Assembly (NCBI GenBank): GCA_030141605.1
Contig: JAQGDQ010000008.1
Span: forward strand, 930,001-994,000
Source of the DNA: Tubiluchus corallicola
Taxonomy: Eukaryota > Animalia > Priapulida
Direction: 5' to 3'
DNA length: 64,000 bases
Position numbers and translations under genes: made by a program. The notes under the pieces are model-generated. The model searched no databases, was not told where the DNA came from, and was given only the letters and a program-made list of their open reading frames with translations. Positions 15,201 through 30,200 of this stretch are shown piece by piece (within the stretch, counting starts at the first letter, position 1; every line of letters begins with the position of its first letter).

Positions 15201-18200
15201 TTAAAATACATACATATACACATAAACATACACATTACAAACATGTAAGTTATGTAAACACATGCAATACACATTAAAATATGTATATGCAACAAAAGTA
15301 ACATAAAAATGAGGGGTGGTGTGGGGGAGACACAAAGAGCAAATGCTTCTTACAAGTGCCTGAATTTTAGATCGAATCGTCGTTTAAAAGGGTTTCCATT
15401 TCGAGCTTCAGCATTCTACGGGTGGGATTCACTTACGAGAATATGCTGGGCTGAAACAAAACTTAAATAATTTCTCAGTAGTTTAAAAGTGCAAAATCCA
15501 ACTGGCCATAAAAAACATCTGAAGCCAGAGAAGAACAAACAGATGGATACTTTTAAGCTACTGTTATTTTAAATGTGTACTAGTGTAATGATATACATGT
15601 GGTCATAGTCTAGAATGCTGCTTTTAGAATGTTAAACTTTAATCTTTAATTGCTCGAAAATGGCACGAGTTTGAAATGGTTGAAATATTGCAAAGTTAAC
15701 ATTTACTGTACAGACTATTTTCATTAGTCTTTTTCGTTACAGGTTTGTAGCCATTCATACTTAGATGGGCAGCAGATCCACTTTTCAAAATGTTTTATTA
15801 AATCATTTTACACAAAAATAGGTGCTTGCCAATTACAAAGGCTGCTGTGAAATCACACTTCAGCTCCGGAACAGAATTGAAATTTAAAATTATGAACTTT
15901 AAATCAGCTAAGCTTTCATGCTTCATTACAAGTGCAATGTGCAAGGTACAATGGAAAGATGGCTGCCATCAGAAAACTGCACCCAAAAGAGACAGGAGTT
16001 AAATTTTTTTGCTTATATTTAATCTTTGACATCTTATAACTATTACAAAAATGTGAACAACAATATGGACTATTGGCTACTCTTCATCAAAAACATACTA
16101 ACTCGTACAGGCTTTATAAACATTTGGGAATATCAAAACATATCTGAAACCAACACTTTTGTTAAATCTTTAAAACTTAAATTTTGTAAAATAGTGAATC
16201 TTACTGGAAAAATAATATATCTAAAGAAAAAGGAAGTGGAATAAATAATAAATTAAAGAGTTACTCAATACTCAAATTCACTTATCAATGTGAAAAAACT
16301 TAAAAAATGAAGCAAAGTGATTGAAAATACAATGCAAAACTTAAAAAAACTGTCAATTAATTATTACAACAGCTATTTTTCAAAACATAATCAAAACTAC
16401 ATTTTCTTTTGATAGTTTTATTATATTCTTCAACATTAAAACAGCAGGTTTATGACAAAACTAATCATGATTTTCAGCCTGCAGAGCTGCGCAAGAATTA
16501 GAGAGATACTGAGAGCATAAGTTCACAAACACACGCACAACACTCGTGTATCCCTGCACATTTTCTGTGCATTTGAAAAGTTTCTTGAACACATTACATT
16601 ACAGTCACTGCTGCCGAAATATTGTTACTGAGGTATAATCTGCTTAATAGTCTGAATAAGAGGCTAACTTGTTTGTGCTTATCTTTAATCCATTCAATGT
16701 TGGAAAGCAGACATTAATTTGAAAGCACAATAAAATGGTATAAACATATCCAAAAATTCAAGACATACTTTAGATGTATAATATTAATCCTGTAATAAGT
16801 ATAGGATTCTATAATTCTATAATGATTATTAATACACCTTGTTGTAATTAACTACCCATTTATTTTTACTTATTTTTACAACACTACTCATCAAGACCAC
16901 TCAGCAATTCACACTGACAAAAATATTTAATCATGAGGATGATGAATGTGATGATGATAATGATGATGACGATGACAATGATGCTGATAATGATGACGAT
17001 GATAATAATGATAATGCTTTTGCTACCTGATCACCCCACTTCCAGTCCGGACCTCGGACAACTCTAGTTCCCACTTTCATCATACTAGCCAGCTCTGGTC
17101 CAGTTAGTGGCATGACAGGTCTGCGAGACTTCGGTTTCACCTCTTCCAGAACTGCGCAAACTATGCCGGCATTCTTGTCTTCTGGAGCCCCGTTTGGATC
17201 TGGACCTGTTGAAGGAAGATCCCGTTGAGAGTGAATTCAAATTATTTGTGTACTAATTCACAAGTTGATGAGTAATTCAAGGAGGAGATATTATAGAAAA
17301 GAAACTCCTTCAAGTTTCAGTTTTTTCGTTTTGGTAAGTTAAGTTCAAAATTTGTTATCACAAGTTCTTATGGCCATTAAATCAAATATGTTGCAACTTT
17401 TCACTTACAATTAAAAGTTTGCCTTCCTAATGTACGTGGTAAGTGACATTTTGTAAACACAGTTACTTTTGCAATTATAGAGAGAGCTTAAAGTCATAAG
17501 ATGATTTTGTCATGTCACCTTTGGTAATTCTGGAAATTAAAAAGGGAGCATTCCAGCTTTAATGTGGTGTTCACAAACTAAACATAAAGTTGGCTCCTAA
17601 TACCACGAATCACAAAAAAGACGAACAACTAAAAAAGAGAAAAATCTCGTAGAAACCTGACTGAACATGAAATCTGAGAAATAAGTCAGAAATCTTACCG
17701 ACTAGTCTTAGAATAGTCTGGAGTATTCCCAAAGCTCCACTGTTTAGCAGTAAGCTGATGCTATGAGCTCTGTGCTCAGCTGACAGCATAGACAACAGCA
17801 ATAAGAGATACCTTAAAAAATAAATATTTAAAACTTTGAAAAATATCAAACAATATTTATTCAAAATATCTGTACAAAAATATCAAATTTTGATAACATT
17901 TTTGCAAAATTGAATTTTCGTAGGTATGCTACATGTCTGACCAATACAAGAACGAGAAAGAAAGAGTGACTCAAATTTCATTGCAAAGGCAAATGAGCAG
18001 TCTTCACATTTTGCTCTGTATGCAATCTGCTTAAAATGAACTTATCTCACCACTATACTATACTAAATAGAGCCACGCATTGCCGATAAAAGCTTTTGAA
18101 GAAGGAATGAAAAACCGCTACCAGTACTATATATATGCCAACTGGTTCACTACAATAAATACCAGATTATTAAAACTGAAACTCTTGAATTTTTTTAACA

Positions 18201-21200
18201 CACGTACATATTCTTACCATACAAAAAACATGCTAATGCAGGACTGCGTCATCCAGATCAACAAATAAGTTTGCAACAAGAAACCTAACATTATTAAAAA
18301 ATGCCAATGACAAACCTTGTGCAAGGAAGTACAGCTATAGCTTGGCTATTGTCATTTTGTAAAGGAGTCATCACTCTCTTTTTTACCACTGCATCGATGT
18401 TAGTTACAACATCTCGCAGCATATCAACTGTCCAAGTTTCTAATTTTGCAAATAGCAGCTCCAGTATGATACGATCGTGCGGTGGTACCAAGTCCACGTT
18501 GTCTAAGCAATACGGTATGGCCTCCCTTCAAAAGTAATTTCGTCAAAATCAAATACAATTTTTCTGCAAACTTTTTATTGTTCAGAGTAGTACTTGGCTT
18601 TTTGCTGTAGCAACAGAAGCAAAGCAATACTAAGTCTGGTTAATACTACAATGATTTCATTAAGTAGCTCTGGTGCTGAGTACTAGATACCAACTTGCTG
18701 AATGCAAACTGTATTAAGAACACGTACATTTATAAAAATGAATACACTTTGGGCAAAATTCACCAAAGATTTTTATAATATAGAAGCAAAATAGTAAGGA
18801 AAAAATTAAGCATTTGCAACTCAGCTGATGCAATCATAAGTATAAGAAAACTTTCCTGTGTAAAAATATTTAATAGCAATAATTTAAATCAATGTCTTTA
18901 CCTGCATGAACAAAACAGTGACAATTCATTTTCAGGTAACCCAACCAGGCCCAGCCAACCGCACAACAGTGAGTACTTAGCAGACACGATTAGGTGATCC
19001 TTTTTCACCAACTCAAGAATGTTCTCAATGCCTTGTTGACGCACGGTTGCTCGTTCCACCTGAAAATCAACAAAATATGATGTACAACAAACATTGAAAT
19101 GAAACAACAAAGCTTAAACCAAACTTAAGAAATGTGCAAGAAAGGAAATGAGTAGAGTTATTGAACGTACTAAATTGCACTAACAACTTGATTCGATTTG
19201 ATACTTGAAGAATTCTTGCAACCTTCTAATCAATCTGAATCGTGAATCACCAAATGACCTTTACATCTGTTTCAGATACTGAGAAATAAAATCTAGATAA
19301 TTCTAAACAGAGTTTTAAAAAGAAATCTACCATTCATTTCCAGTAAAGCAAGCAAGGTCAAAATAACAGATTTTTTTGTTTATAACAAGATGTAATTAAC
19401 TCACACAGTAATAAGCAACATGCAACCTGACTTCTTGAATAAGTCGATGAGAAGACTGAATCAGGACTTGAAGCCTGCAGACATAGGAGTAAGGACCTAC
19501 CAACAACGCTAACAACTTATAATGAAGAGTATACCATTTCTACTAACTCAAAAAAACAAAACAAGAATATTTTTCTTTTCAGTATTTTAGACTATAGCTC
19601 ACTTTGATCTAATGTCTAATACTAAGTGTTGTTTTCATTTAACAGTAAAAATCTGTGAAAGCAGGCAGAATGTCCATACCTGATACCAAAGTGCTTTGCG
19701 AAGGTTTTCTATATTTACACCATCCTCTTGTAAAACAAACTCAATAATCTTAAATGTGAGCGAGCTGTGAGTGGAGCCACCGGCCAGCCGTTGCCGTAAC
19801 CACTTAAACCGCCTAGCACTAGTTACGGCTCCAAATGCTGTGGGTAGCTTGTCACGATCCTGCAAGAAAGAGTTATGATAATTTATGCACAAATATATGC
19901 ACACAGTGTACATTCACAAGTAATTTAAGGCCCCGTTATACGTCCGCAAAAGTTGTTTCCATTGGGTCCGCACTCATTCCGTAGCATTCTACACAAAATA
20001 TCATAGATGCAGCAAAATTTTGGGCTTTCTAGAAAAAACAATCATTTGATTTTGCTACGTTGGTTAAAGAGAAGGGCAAATAGGCAACACAACAAGCGAT
20101 TACATCGTTTTTGAGCTCGAAAACAGTTAACAGCTAGGCGAATATCATCACATCGCAACAATGGATGAGGAAGACCTAAATTAAGAATGCAACTTGCAAA
20201 GTTGCGTATTTTTGGAATTTAAATTGCAGGTCTTTACCTCTTCTCTTTCAACAGTATCTGGACTAGAATGTTGTGACTCTGATGGTGCAGCAGCACCTAT
20301 TTCCTGAGCAGCTTCCGAAGCTTCCGTTTCGGTTATTAATGAAGTGGCAGTAGATTCCTCTGAAGCAATTTTAATTTCGCCATCATCTACATCCTCGTCT
20401 TCAGGTTCTGATGGCTGATCTGGTTTCGAGAGTCCTAAAAGTAAGAACTTTTAATTTCTCGCGGCTTCTGGCTCTATGAAAAGCATTCATTGAGTAAAAC
20501 CTTACTAGATCTAAAGATAATTTCTTTCCATGTAAACCTCAATGAATATCAAAAGAATCAGTGAGTTTCTATAAAACCCTAACAAAAAAATTAGACTAGT
20601 TCATTTCTTCACTAGCTAAGTCTCTTAAATCCAATCACGAAAACATTAGAAAATGCAAACAGACGAATAAAACATACTTTTTTCTGCTCTCATCTTATTT
20701 ATCAGCTTGTGAGTTGCACGGCGCCACCGAGGTAGAGTCGTCAGAACTTTCAATCTTGTTATAGCATTAGCCTCATTGCCCATGGCCGGGCGAAGCTCAT
20801 ACAACAAGAAACGACATCTTTCTATAACTGGCGCACAAACCTCCTTGTAAGATCTGCTGAGATCTTGATGTGTCTAAAATATTTAGAACAAATTTAGAGC
20901 TTCTAAATAAAACTAGTGGCACTTATATAAGATACAGTAGGCACCGCTTAAAAAACTCACTTTGGGACAGAATTGTTTTGACCCAATTAACCGATGGGTG
21001 CAGTATTACTAAGAATGAGTCTTCAGCTTAGTATGCACTGCAAAGGTTTTTAATGAATTTTAGCAAGGAAATAATGCCCAAATTCCTTTGTGTAGTTAAA
21101 AATATAAAAAAATATTTTAAAATATTAATTTATATAAGTGAGTTAGAAATAAATTAGAAAGTATACTTTTCTAAATCACACAAGGCTGTTTATTTGTAAA

Positions 21201-24200
21201 AATTACAAAAAAAATCCTTCAAAGTCGGCTGCTTCATTTTCTCGAAGAGAAGTTTGCTCACAAAGTTCTCGTAATTAAAAAAACGTTGAAAATCTGTTGC
21301 TGTGTGATGCACGTATGCTCGTAAAACATTAAGCGCTTGGCATGCTTGAGTTGCAGTTGGTGGTGCCAATTACAGTCTTTTCGTACGCGTCGGGTCTTAG
21401 ATGGTAGTTTCTCATTTTGATTTGCTGACTGGCAGATTGTTTTTTCGAAATTCTGGTGAGAGTACTTTGGGAAATTTTCAACTGCACTGCTACACACCCC
21501 TGCCCCATCTTTGGAAGTATATCGTACTGCTCTAAAGTTTTCCGTTTCCCCTTAACTGTTAGATCTTTACGTTTATGTTCTATTTTTCAAACTTCTTTAC
21601 TCTATGCTCTTTACTTGCTGTATGATGTTTACTTTTGTAAGTCACAGGAACACCAGCCGATTGCTGTACCTGCATCACTGATTATTAACTGATTAAGCGT
21701 GAAAGCGCGAAAGAAGAGCAAAAGGAAAGTTACTAAGTGACTAAATGTTTAGCTTCCAGAAATTCTTGGGTAACGTTCAAAGTCAAACCACTACCCTAGC
21801 ATATTAGCGTATGATAAATGTTCCTGTTTACAGTAAAACGGTACTTAAAATGATTGTTTCTATGTATATTACAGGACAAAAGTGACCTAAGATGATATAA
21901 AAGCTATAAAAGCTGATTAGTCACAGGAAAGTGTCTTATTGAAGCATGTGAAGCAAAAATAATTGAGTCAATTATGCAGAGTTATTTGAGTCAATTACTA
22001 ATAGTTTTCATGTACATTAAAACAGAAGCAGCCCGCATCAGGCGTTTTTGAGTCAATTAAGCGATTGAGTCTATTAACCGTGAGTCTATTAAGCGCAGCC
22101 TACTGTATATATATCTTGCTTATTTTATTTCAGGCACTGTGTAGTTACAATCGTAGGTAGTACTGTGATAAGCAGTGCAGTTGACTCTAATATTATAGTC
22201 AGTCACTCGCAACCTCAGCGACTCACAACCACACTCACTCATCCACTCATTAACTCACTAACATATCCACCCACTCATGCAATGCATTGAATCAGCTAAA
22301 AATGCTGTAAGTTAACTATGGTGTCTCGCAAGTAGCAAAAATGCCAGTAATTTGTCAATAACAAACATCAACAATGAACTCATAAACATTATTTTTCCCT
22401 GTTGCATTTTTACTCCTGACGAACTAGACCTTTAAATTTAAGAAAAACTTAACTGTTACTGTTACCTTTACTAAAGACCTCTTTACTTGATACACTGCTC
22501 GGCAAACATCGGCTATTGATCTCGGTAGAGTATGTCGATGATGGTGATGATGATGATGATGGCTGTGATGATGATGATGAACGTGCTGGTCACCGTGTTC
22601 GGCAAGTGTCTTTGCCACATGAGTCAAATCGTGATGCTTCAGCAATACAGCCAGTAGGAATCTAAACATCAATCATTCACAGAAATTAATATCCATCTGT
22701 TAACTTTTAAAGCATTGGAACTACTTTTTACCTATTAATAAAAACCAAAAATCATATTCCAGCAGTAATGAATTTACACACTCACAGGCAGACATGAAAA
22801 ATTCCTTAAAATTCTAAATGTTATTTTTATGGTAAAACATAAAGCAAGCAATAATAAACTGCAAAGAAGTAAAATCTCTACAAACCTGCCAACATCTTCT
22901 ATAGGGTGATCAGAAGGAAATGAAATGGGAACGCTCAAGTGATGATGCCTACTGTATCGTTCCACATACCCAAGAAATGACTTCACCTAGCAAACATGAA
23001 CATTTTTCAATAAAAGAAAAAAGTAAACCATTCATGAGGCATATACTAGAAATACACGTAAAGACCAATCATTCAAAATTCTCATATGAACTTATTTCAT
23101 TAATGTCCGCTTCCATAAGTTATTCAAACAATCTTGAAATTCTTTAAGTCTAGAAACTTGTGTATTAGGTTGATATCTGATCGGCATCTATAGATTTGCT
23201 GAAATTTAAATAGATAACATTAAACTTCATAGTAAAAGAAGTTAGTGCAGAAAGGTGTACAAACAAAAACTAAAGTTTAATAGTCATAGGCCAAACCAAT
23301 CACTGGTCAGTAATCGCTGAACGAACATTGGCGTTCAGTTGTGATCGGTGAACGGTCAACAAGTTCTGACAGGTTCATCATTAAATTACTGATTTGTTGG
23401 TAAACTAAAAAGGCGAGCGTGCCCATAAAAATTGCTGAATTTATAAGAAAATGTAAAAATGAAATGTTTAAAAAACTTACAAAAAGTTTTGAAATGATTA
23501 GCATAATGTTATTTACATACTGCAACCACATTTCATCTGACACTCAAAGGACATCAGCCAAACGCGCACAACAAATTAAGCGATTCAGTTACATTGCTGA
23601 CTTGATCATGTAAGCTCTAATATTTCACAACATTATTACAAATAAAGGATGAATTTTCATCATAGAAGTTTTGTACGTAACATCTTTTGACATGTAAAAA
23701 TGCTGATAAGGCAACACAGTTTAAAAATAATTTTTAGAGCAGCAATATTTACATATCTTATCTGACATGTGATCAATCGGTGATTGATCGGTAATGGGGA
23801 ACAGTAAAGTTGTTCGGCTCGGGATTGGCTCGTTACATAATGTTGATCGGCCCATCATTAAAATTTTATGTCAATATTTTAACATCTGAGTGATGATATT
23901 TAGGGTCTACTCAATGTAGATGGTTGTAGCACCATCAGCAAGGATAATTCTCTAAGATGAGGCACTGAATAAGCAGAGATGTCCCAGCCAAGCTCAGATG
24001 TATATACATCTTTTCTTAATGAGGTGAATACTCAAGGCTTGGCATGGGGCTGGAAAATCTTACCACACTGGTGGACGTAGTCTATGGGACACGTCCTCTG
24101 GCAGAGAGACACAATATTTTTCTTTAAGTACTTTTTCTCAAAATTTTAATAACGAAAGTGTCGATATTTTTCTCTCTTTATTAGTAAAAACAACAAAACT

Positions 24201-27200
24201 ATTCCACATTCTAATACTCGTCAAAGTTACAACGTAATTATTACTTGAGAATATTTTTGCTGCGCACCTACATACACTGCAATTTTTCTCAACGTATTGC
24301 CTCATGCTCAAAAACTTGGCAGCGGCAGAAAGTGCAGGTGTAATCAATGTGCATAATTATGCAGTAACTGTAACTGAGCTACATGTATTATAGTAGCAGT
24401 TTCATTCTATCCTTTCAAGTCTCACCAATCGACAGTATTAAAATTCACGTCATAATAAGTGTTATCTTTTGACTCATTGAGTTGTGGTTGGCTTTAAATT
24501 ATACTATTATAGTTACTGTAGCAACTGGTCTTGCTACCTAGTTGCCAACCAGTACAAGCCACGTGCCAATATTTTAAAAACTTCACCGCTTAATTACTAT
24601 TTGACACTCAAAAGAACTTCCCTCAGTAGTTAAACAACATCAGACATAAGCAGTGCCTAGATGGGTGAGATATTTTGCAGAATTATTGTTTGCAGTTATG
24701 TCCTAGCAGTAACAAAACCTGTGTGCCAAACAAAATAAAGCGCTTCGTTCTTAGTATAATTCAAAGAAATTTTGTGGAAAAGGGGGACCTGAAGTAGGTT
24801 TCAGAAAAATCTACTTAAAAATTAAATTACTTTGCGGCAATTTTATGCATGCATCGTACTCGCGTTAAAAGGAATTTTTGTTTGTTTTTATTTTAAATCT
24901 CACGCAATACTGTTCCGACGGCAAACGTAAATCACGGGAAGAAAAGGCAATGTTACATTATGTTCCAAAAAGCTTTCCAAGCAAATTTATATTACTTAGC
25001 ATTTCGTTTACATACTGGAAAGACTTATGTAACTAGAAATAATCATTAAAATGATCGTGCCAATTGGTAAACTGTCGCTGCTCACCCTCCACTCACTAGC
25101 CAAAAATGTTTTTTAATCTTATTTACAAGACACAGTAATTTAAAATTTTACTTAGTTAGTAACATGTCTGGTACGAATGCTCTCATTATTTTTTCAAACT
25201 TCATGCAGTGTTATCTAAACTTGTATCAAACAACCTATCATTAAAATTACTGCGCCTAACGGTCATCATGGGAATTTAAATTTACCGGTTTTATACAACA
25301 GTACTGCCGAAGTAAGCCCTGCATGCAAAAAGGCAGTATGTAAGTGGCATAAAATTACAAGATGAATTTTTTAAGCTTTATGTAAGTAGCAGGTCTTCTT
25401 TTTCTAAGATAAGGCAAATTTATCTTACTAAGCATCACAGTTTCAAATCACTTAACTCCACATGTTCTTGGTGGGTATACAAACTACTAATTATTACTAT
25501 GAGCAAGTGTGCAACAATAACTGAAATAATGTTTGAAGGTAGCAATGAGAATATATGTAAGTGGTAAAAATTCTAATAAAATGAAATTTTAGAAGTCCAA
25601 CTTTTCAAATCTTCATGGGGCTCTGTGACCCTTTGCTGCAAAACCCCCTCCCACCACGCAACTATCTCAATACTAGATACTTCTATGAAAATCTCTGGGC
25701 TTGGTCCATCACTGGGATGTCAAATTTTAGTCCTTGGGACATTTGTAAGATTTTCTGCCTCTTGCTTGGTATTGCTTAACTTTGGTTGCTAAGCACACTG
25801 AGTAACCACTCAAGTATTCATCCACCTCATGGGATGTTATAATATTCCCACAAAATTTCATTTTTGTTTATACAACTTTTTATTTTCCACAACTTTTTGT
25901 ACTGTTACAGTAGATAAGCATGGAAGTGCATACCTTCCTAATAAGGGTAAAAAAAATTGACTTCAAGTGACAATACATGGTCTTCGCTCTCTAGCAACAT
26001 TTACAGGAATGCTAAACTAAATAATATTATTGCTTTCTTGACTTGAACAAACAAGAAGGCTAAGTATTGACTAAGTTTGAACCAGATTTTTTTCTGTCCA
26101 GAATTTTCTATTGCGGAAACTGTATCCACTAAACATGGACGCAATGCAAAAAGTGTATAAACAAAAGTGATATGTGACTGCAGTTGCAGAAATGGTTTTC
26201 ATTTCTTAACCTAAAAAACTTGCAGTAGTTTCTTAAGAGATTGTATCAGGAATGCCAGGAAACAGCTAATGGGTTAATATTACCAATTACTGTGAGGAGT
26301 TATACAGAATGAAATGAAGTGCATTAAAATTACTTGCGAATGACTTCAGCTACTTTCCAGATTCTACTGAATTTACGTCAAATAACTTGCGAAAAGCAAT
26401 TCATACTGCAATCAGAGCAGAGGAATGCGGAAAGTTGCATTAAGTACTTTAAATTAATTTTCCCTAAATTACCCTATTTTAAATCACAATAGGCTTATTG
26501 TTAAATATTGGGTATTAGGGTTAACTTAACTACCTATTGTTTAAATTTTAATTTCGTTTTGTGTTTCATGTACATGCCGGACATGAAAACTGATGGCATA
26601 AAACAGGAATAACAAATGGTACAACTTACTTTACATGCTGAACAATGAACAAGTACACATATTTAGACATAACTACAACTGCAGATTGACCACTTCTGTT
26701 GAAAACCTGCCAATCTAACTCTTTTCTCGTAACTGACCAATTTAACCTAAGTGTAAATGTTTACTTAATAAATTTTTACTATTTATATTATTCTAATGTA
26801 GCCTTTCTATCTCAGTAGATCTGCATACCTGTTAATACAGAAATATTATTAAAGAATAAATATTTACCACAAACTGATTTAATCATAAAGAAATATCTAC
26901 AAATCAGATTTTTTGCAGTTCCGGGGTTGTCTGTGCAGAGGCAGTGGATACAGTGTGCACTCAAATGTATGCAAATCGCAATGGCAGAACCAGTCTAACG
27001 AAAAGGGATGGAAAAAGTGTGAGTCTGAGTGGGCCAATGCGGGTGCATTGGATACGCACCTTATAAGGTGAACAACTACTACACTCTATCAATCTAGCAA
27101 ACTGAAAAATATGTTCTTGCCAAGCAATGTTTGGACAACAGAAGATTTCATATTTAGGAAATGTGACAATTACTAATTCACTTACCAGTGGGTCTTGCTG

Positions 27201-30200
27201 ACGGTTTTCAGACAGGGCTTGCAAGAAGCCACTCATCACGTCAACTTGGCTTTGCTGAGTCAAGTTGATCTGGAGTTTCGGTGCTTCTTCCAGCTTACTA
27301 TCAATTTTTGGCATTTTCGGCTCAGTCGGAGTAGTTCCCGAACCTGCATTCATGAGAAAATTATATAATTGCTTAACAGATATAACTTGTGGAAAGTACA
27401 CTGGTGTAAATTGGCTCAAGGCAAAAAAGAATGTAAAAAGGTTGGACAAAAAAACTATTAGAGCAATCCAAAGGAGCACAGTTTCATGCAACAAATGATT
27501 AACAACAAAAAATAAAGTATATGCTTTACTGTTTTATTAACTGTCACCATGTCATTGTGCAAGGTAGTGCTGAAGTGCCATCAAGTGTATAACACTGATG
27601 ATTAGTGAACCACAATTTTAGTAGAAATCTACTTGGTGTGGCAGTTTAACTGGAATACTCATTGTAGAAGCTTACCTGGAGTAGTTGTAGCAGAAGCACT
27701 CCGAACTTCACCTTTCTCTTCTTCAAATGGATTAACAGGCTGCAGTAACTGCAGTCCACCACTAAAAGCAACAGATTTCAACCAATGATGGCATTCCTCT
27801 TCAACTTGTGTAACCTTCTTACCTGAAACCTGAATTAGGTGGTTTAGCTTAGTAACAACGATTAAGTAGCATTTGGCAACAATGTCACTGGCTATAACTA
27901 CAGAGATTAGATGCGAACAATAGTTAAAAAGTATTTAGTAACAATGCCAGTGCAATTTGCTACAAAGACTAAATACCAACAATAGTTAATTGCAGTGGTT
28001 AGTAATAAGTCATTAATTGTTGGAATGCAGAGCAACAATTTATTTTAGCAATAAATTCCCTTAATGCCAGTTCTAGTAAGTTAAGCAAATTTCAACCATA
28101 AAAGCACTTCAATAATAGCACAGATTTCAGTACTCAAGTAGTTTTTGCCAATAAAATTATCTGCCTACAGATCAATATTAAACGAAAACATGACATTTCA
28201 TAGCATAACTCATTTCGCCTCATGATCTAAAATACATATTTCTACCTAAAATAATTAGTTTAATTACCAGAATGCTTGTGATAGTCAAGTCTTAGGTCAG
28301 AAAGTTAATTATTGGCCGATGAGTGTATCTACAAGTGCTTCTGAGACTTCAACATCAAACCTTTCAGTGAGCATTTGGCATATGTTCGCAAAACCATAAA
28401 TTGAAATACAGTGCTGCTGCATGACACAGGCAACAAAAATCAAAAACTCGGCACATTTTAAATTCACAGTTTCAAATTTCACATTATTGCTGGACTAAAG
28501 GACAATTTCGCAAGGTTATCCTGGCATTATAACCAGATAAAGTTCTGCTGGTCTAAAAGAGTATATGTTTTTGTGCAAAACAATTCTTAGATGCAGGTAT
28601 TGTCGCCCATTCAATAATCCAACTATTTATCTCAAAAGTTATATTACACTCGTGGAGATTTACTACTACTACTACAACATGTACGCCTGGAAGAGAAAGC
28701 ACAGTAGAAATTAGAGTTCTAATTTTGTCAGTCACTCTTGAAAAAGGACATATGAAGATCATTTTGAACAGTGATCTAAAACTGGGAACAGTGTTCCTTT
28801 AGAAACTAGTCGAAAGAGAGAGCTGAAAAATACCTGATAAGAAGCATGTAAGCCTAACAATAAAGCCAGTGTTCTCTCCGTATCAATGAGTGGAGACGAG
28901 ACAAAACTCTGCTCAACATGTACTTGTACTACGTCATTCTCTGGACTAATGTACTGCCCAACCAAACATGACTTAAGCATCTCTCTAGCTTCTTCCGAGT
29001 GTGCCACACTCTCAAATGCTTCCGTAGCATCTTGACCTACATAATAACCAACAAATTACCACCATTCATTTTTGCTGATACATAAATATGCTTAAACAGT
29101 CGAGTGACCAAAAGTCAAAGAATTCATTATTTAAAAAAATGGTCCACCTGTCAACAGGCAACAAAGAATATCAAGGCAAAAAAGTTCTATAATTACACAC
29201 ATCAAGAACTATCATAAAGAGATACTTGATCCATGCACATTATTTTTTTACTTTCTATATTCCATAGTAATATATCTGAATGTGGCAGTTAAAGATGTTC
29301 CTAACACAATTTTGCAACTTCTAAAACATAGAAACATATATACATAAGAAGTAATTTCGCATTGTTTTAGAAAAATAAATAAATAAAAATGTTAAAAGCT
29401 TATGGAAATGTAGAAAATGGTAATTGCTGCTCAAGAGTACTTCGCCTACAGCTGGCATTGGATGTGGCAAGGTATGCATGTTATACCAACTGCAATGCCA
29501 TAGATCAAGTCCTCTCGAAGTTTCATTTGTACATGGCAACAAGTTTTTGGATCATACTGACACATTGCTGTTGCAATTTACATGTGAACGAGCCTGCCAC
29601 CATTATCAAAATCCACTAACAATAGTTACAAAAGCCTACGATACGTTACCATTGTACTTTAGTAGGGCATCTTTGTCACATTTTGCTTGCTGCATGAATT
29701 CTTGTACGTCATACACCTTATCATGAATGATAAGCCAGTATCCGCCATCTTTCACATGATTCTCTAGGTCACACTGCCTATACCTCGTTAAATTACTACT
29801 GTCCTTTGAGTTGACAGGATTGTACAATGCCATATCTAAATATCATGAAAACATTGATTACACACTCACATATAGTAATACATTCCTAACTATGGCATCA
29901 CATTTGGCAAACATTAAAATACCAATAAATGAAAGTTACTGATTAGTTACTTGACACAAATAGCTGAGAAATCACAGTGTGCATTTAACAAATGAAATTA
30001 AGCAATGCCGCAACTAGTCAATTTATGGGTGGTGACTGCCAAGTTCAATACACATTGTAGATTGTTTCATTTATCATATATGGTTATGCTTGATCATTTT
30101 ACTGAGGAAGCATTAACATGCACCACATTGTAGCTAATTCACCTCTGCAAGTTCAGTATCTTATCTTAGAGGATTAGCCTTGTCAGATTCCAGTCCTGCC

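Noticed and set aside
16931-17026. Ser-rich ORF extension after WGDQ
   Set aside because: Read-through past a GT donor into a GAT microsatellite; the MIB-HERC2 domain continues in exon 35
23160-23860. Possible hAT-like element with GATCGG subterminal repeats
   Set aside because: Only the right end (GATCGGCCCATCATTA) is recognisable; no matching left TIR or TSD
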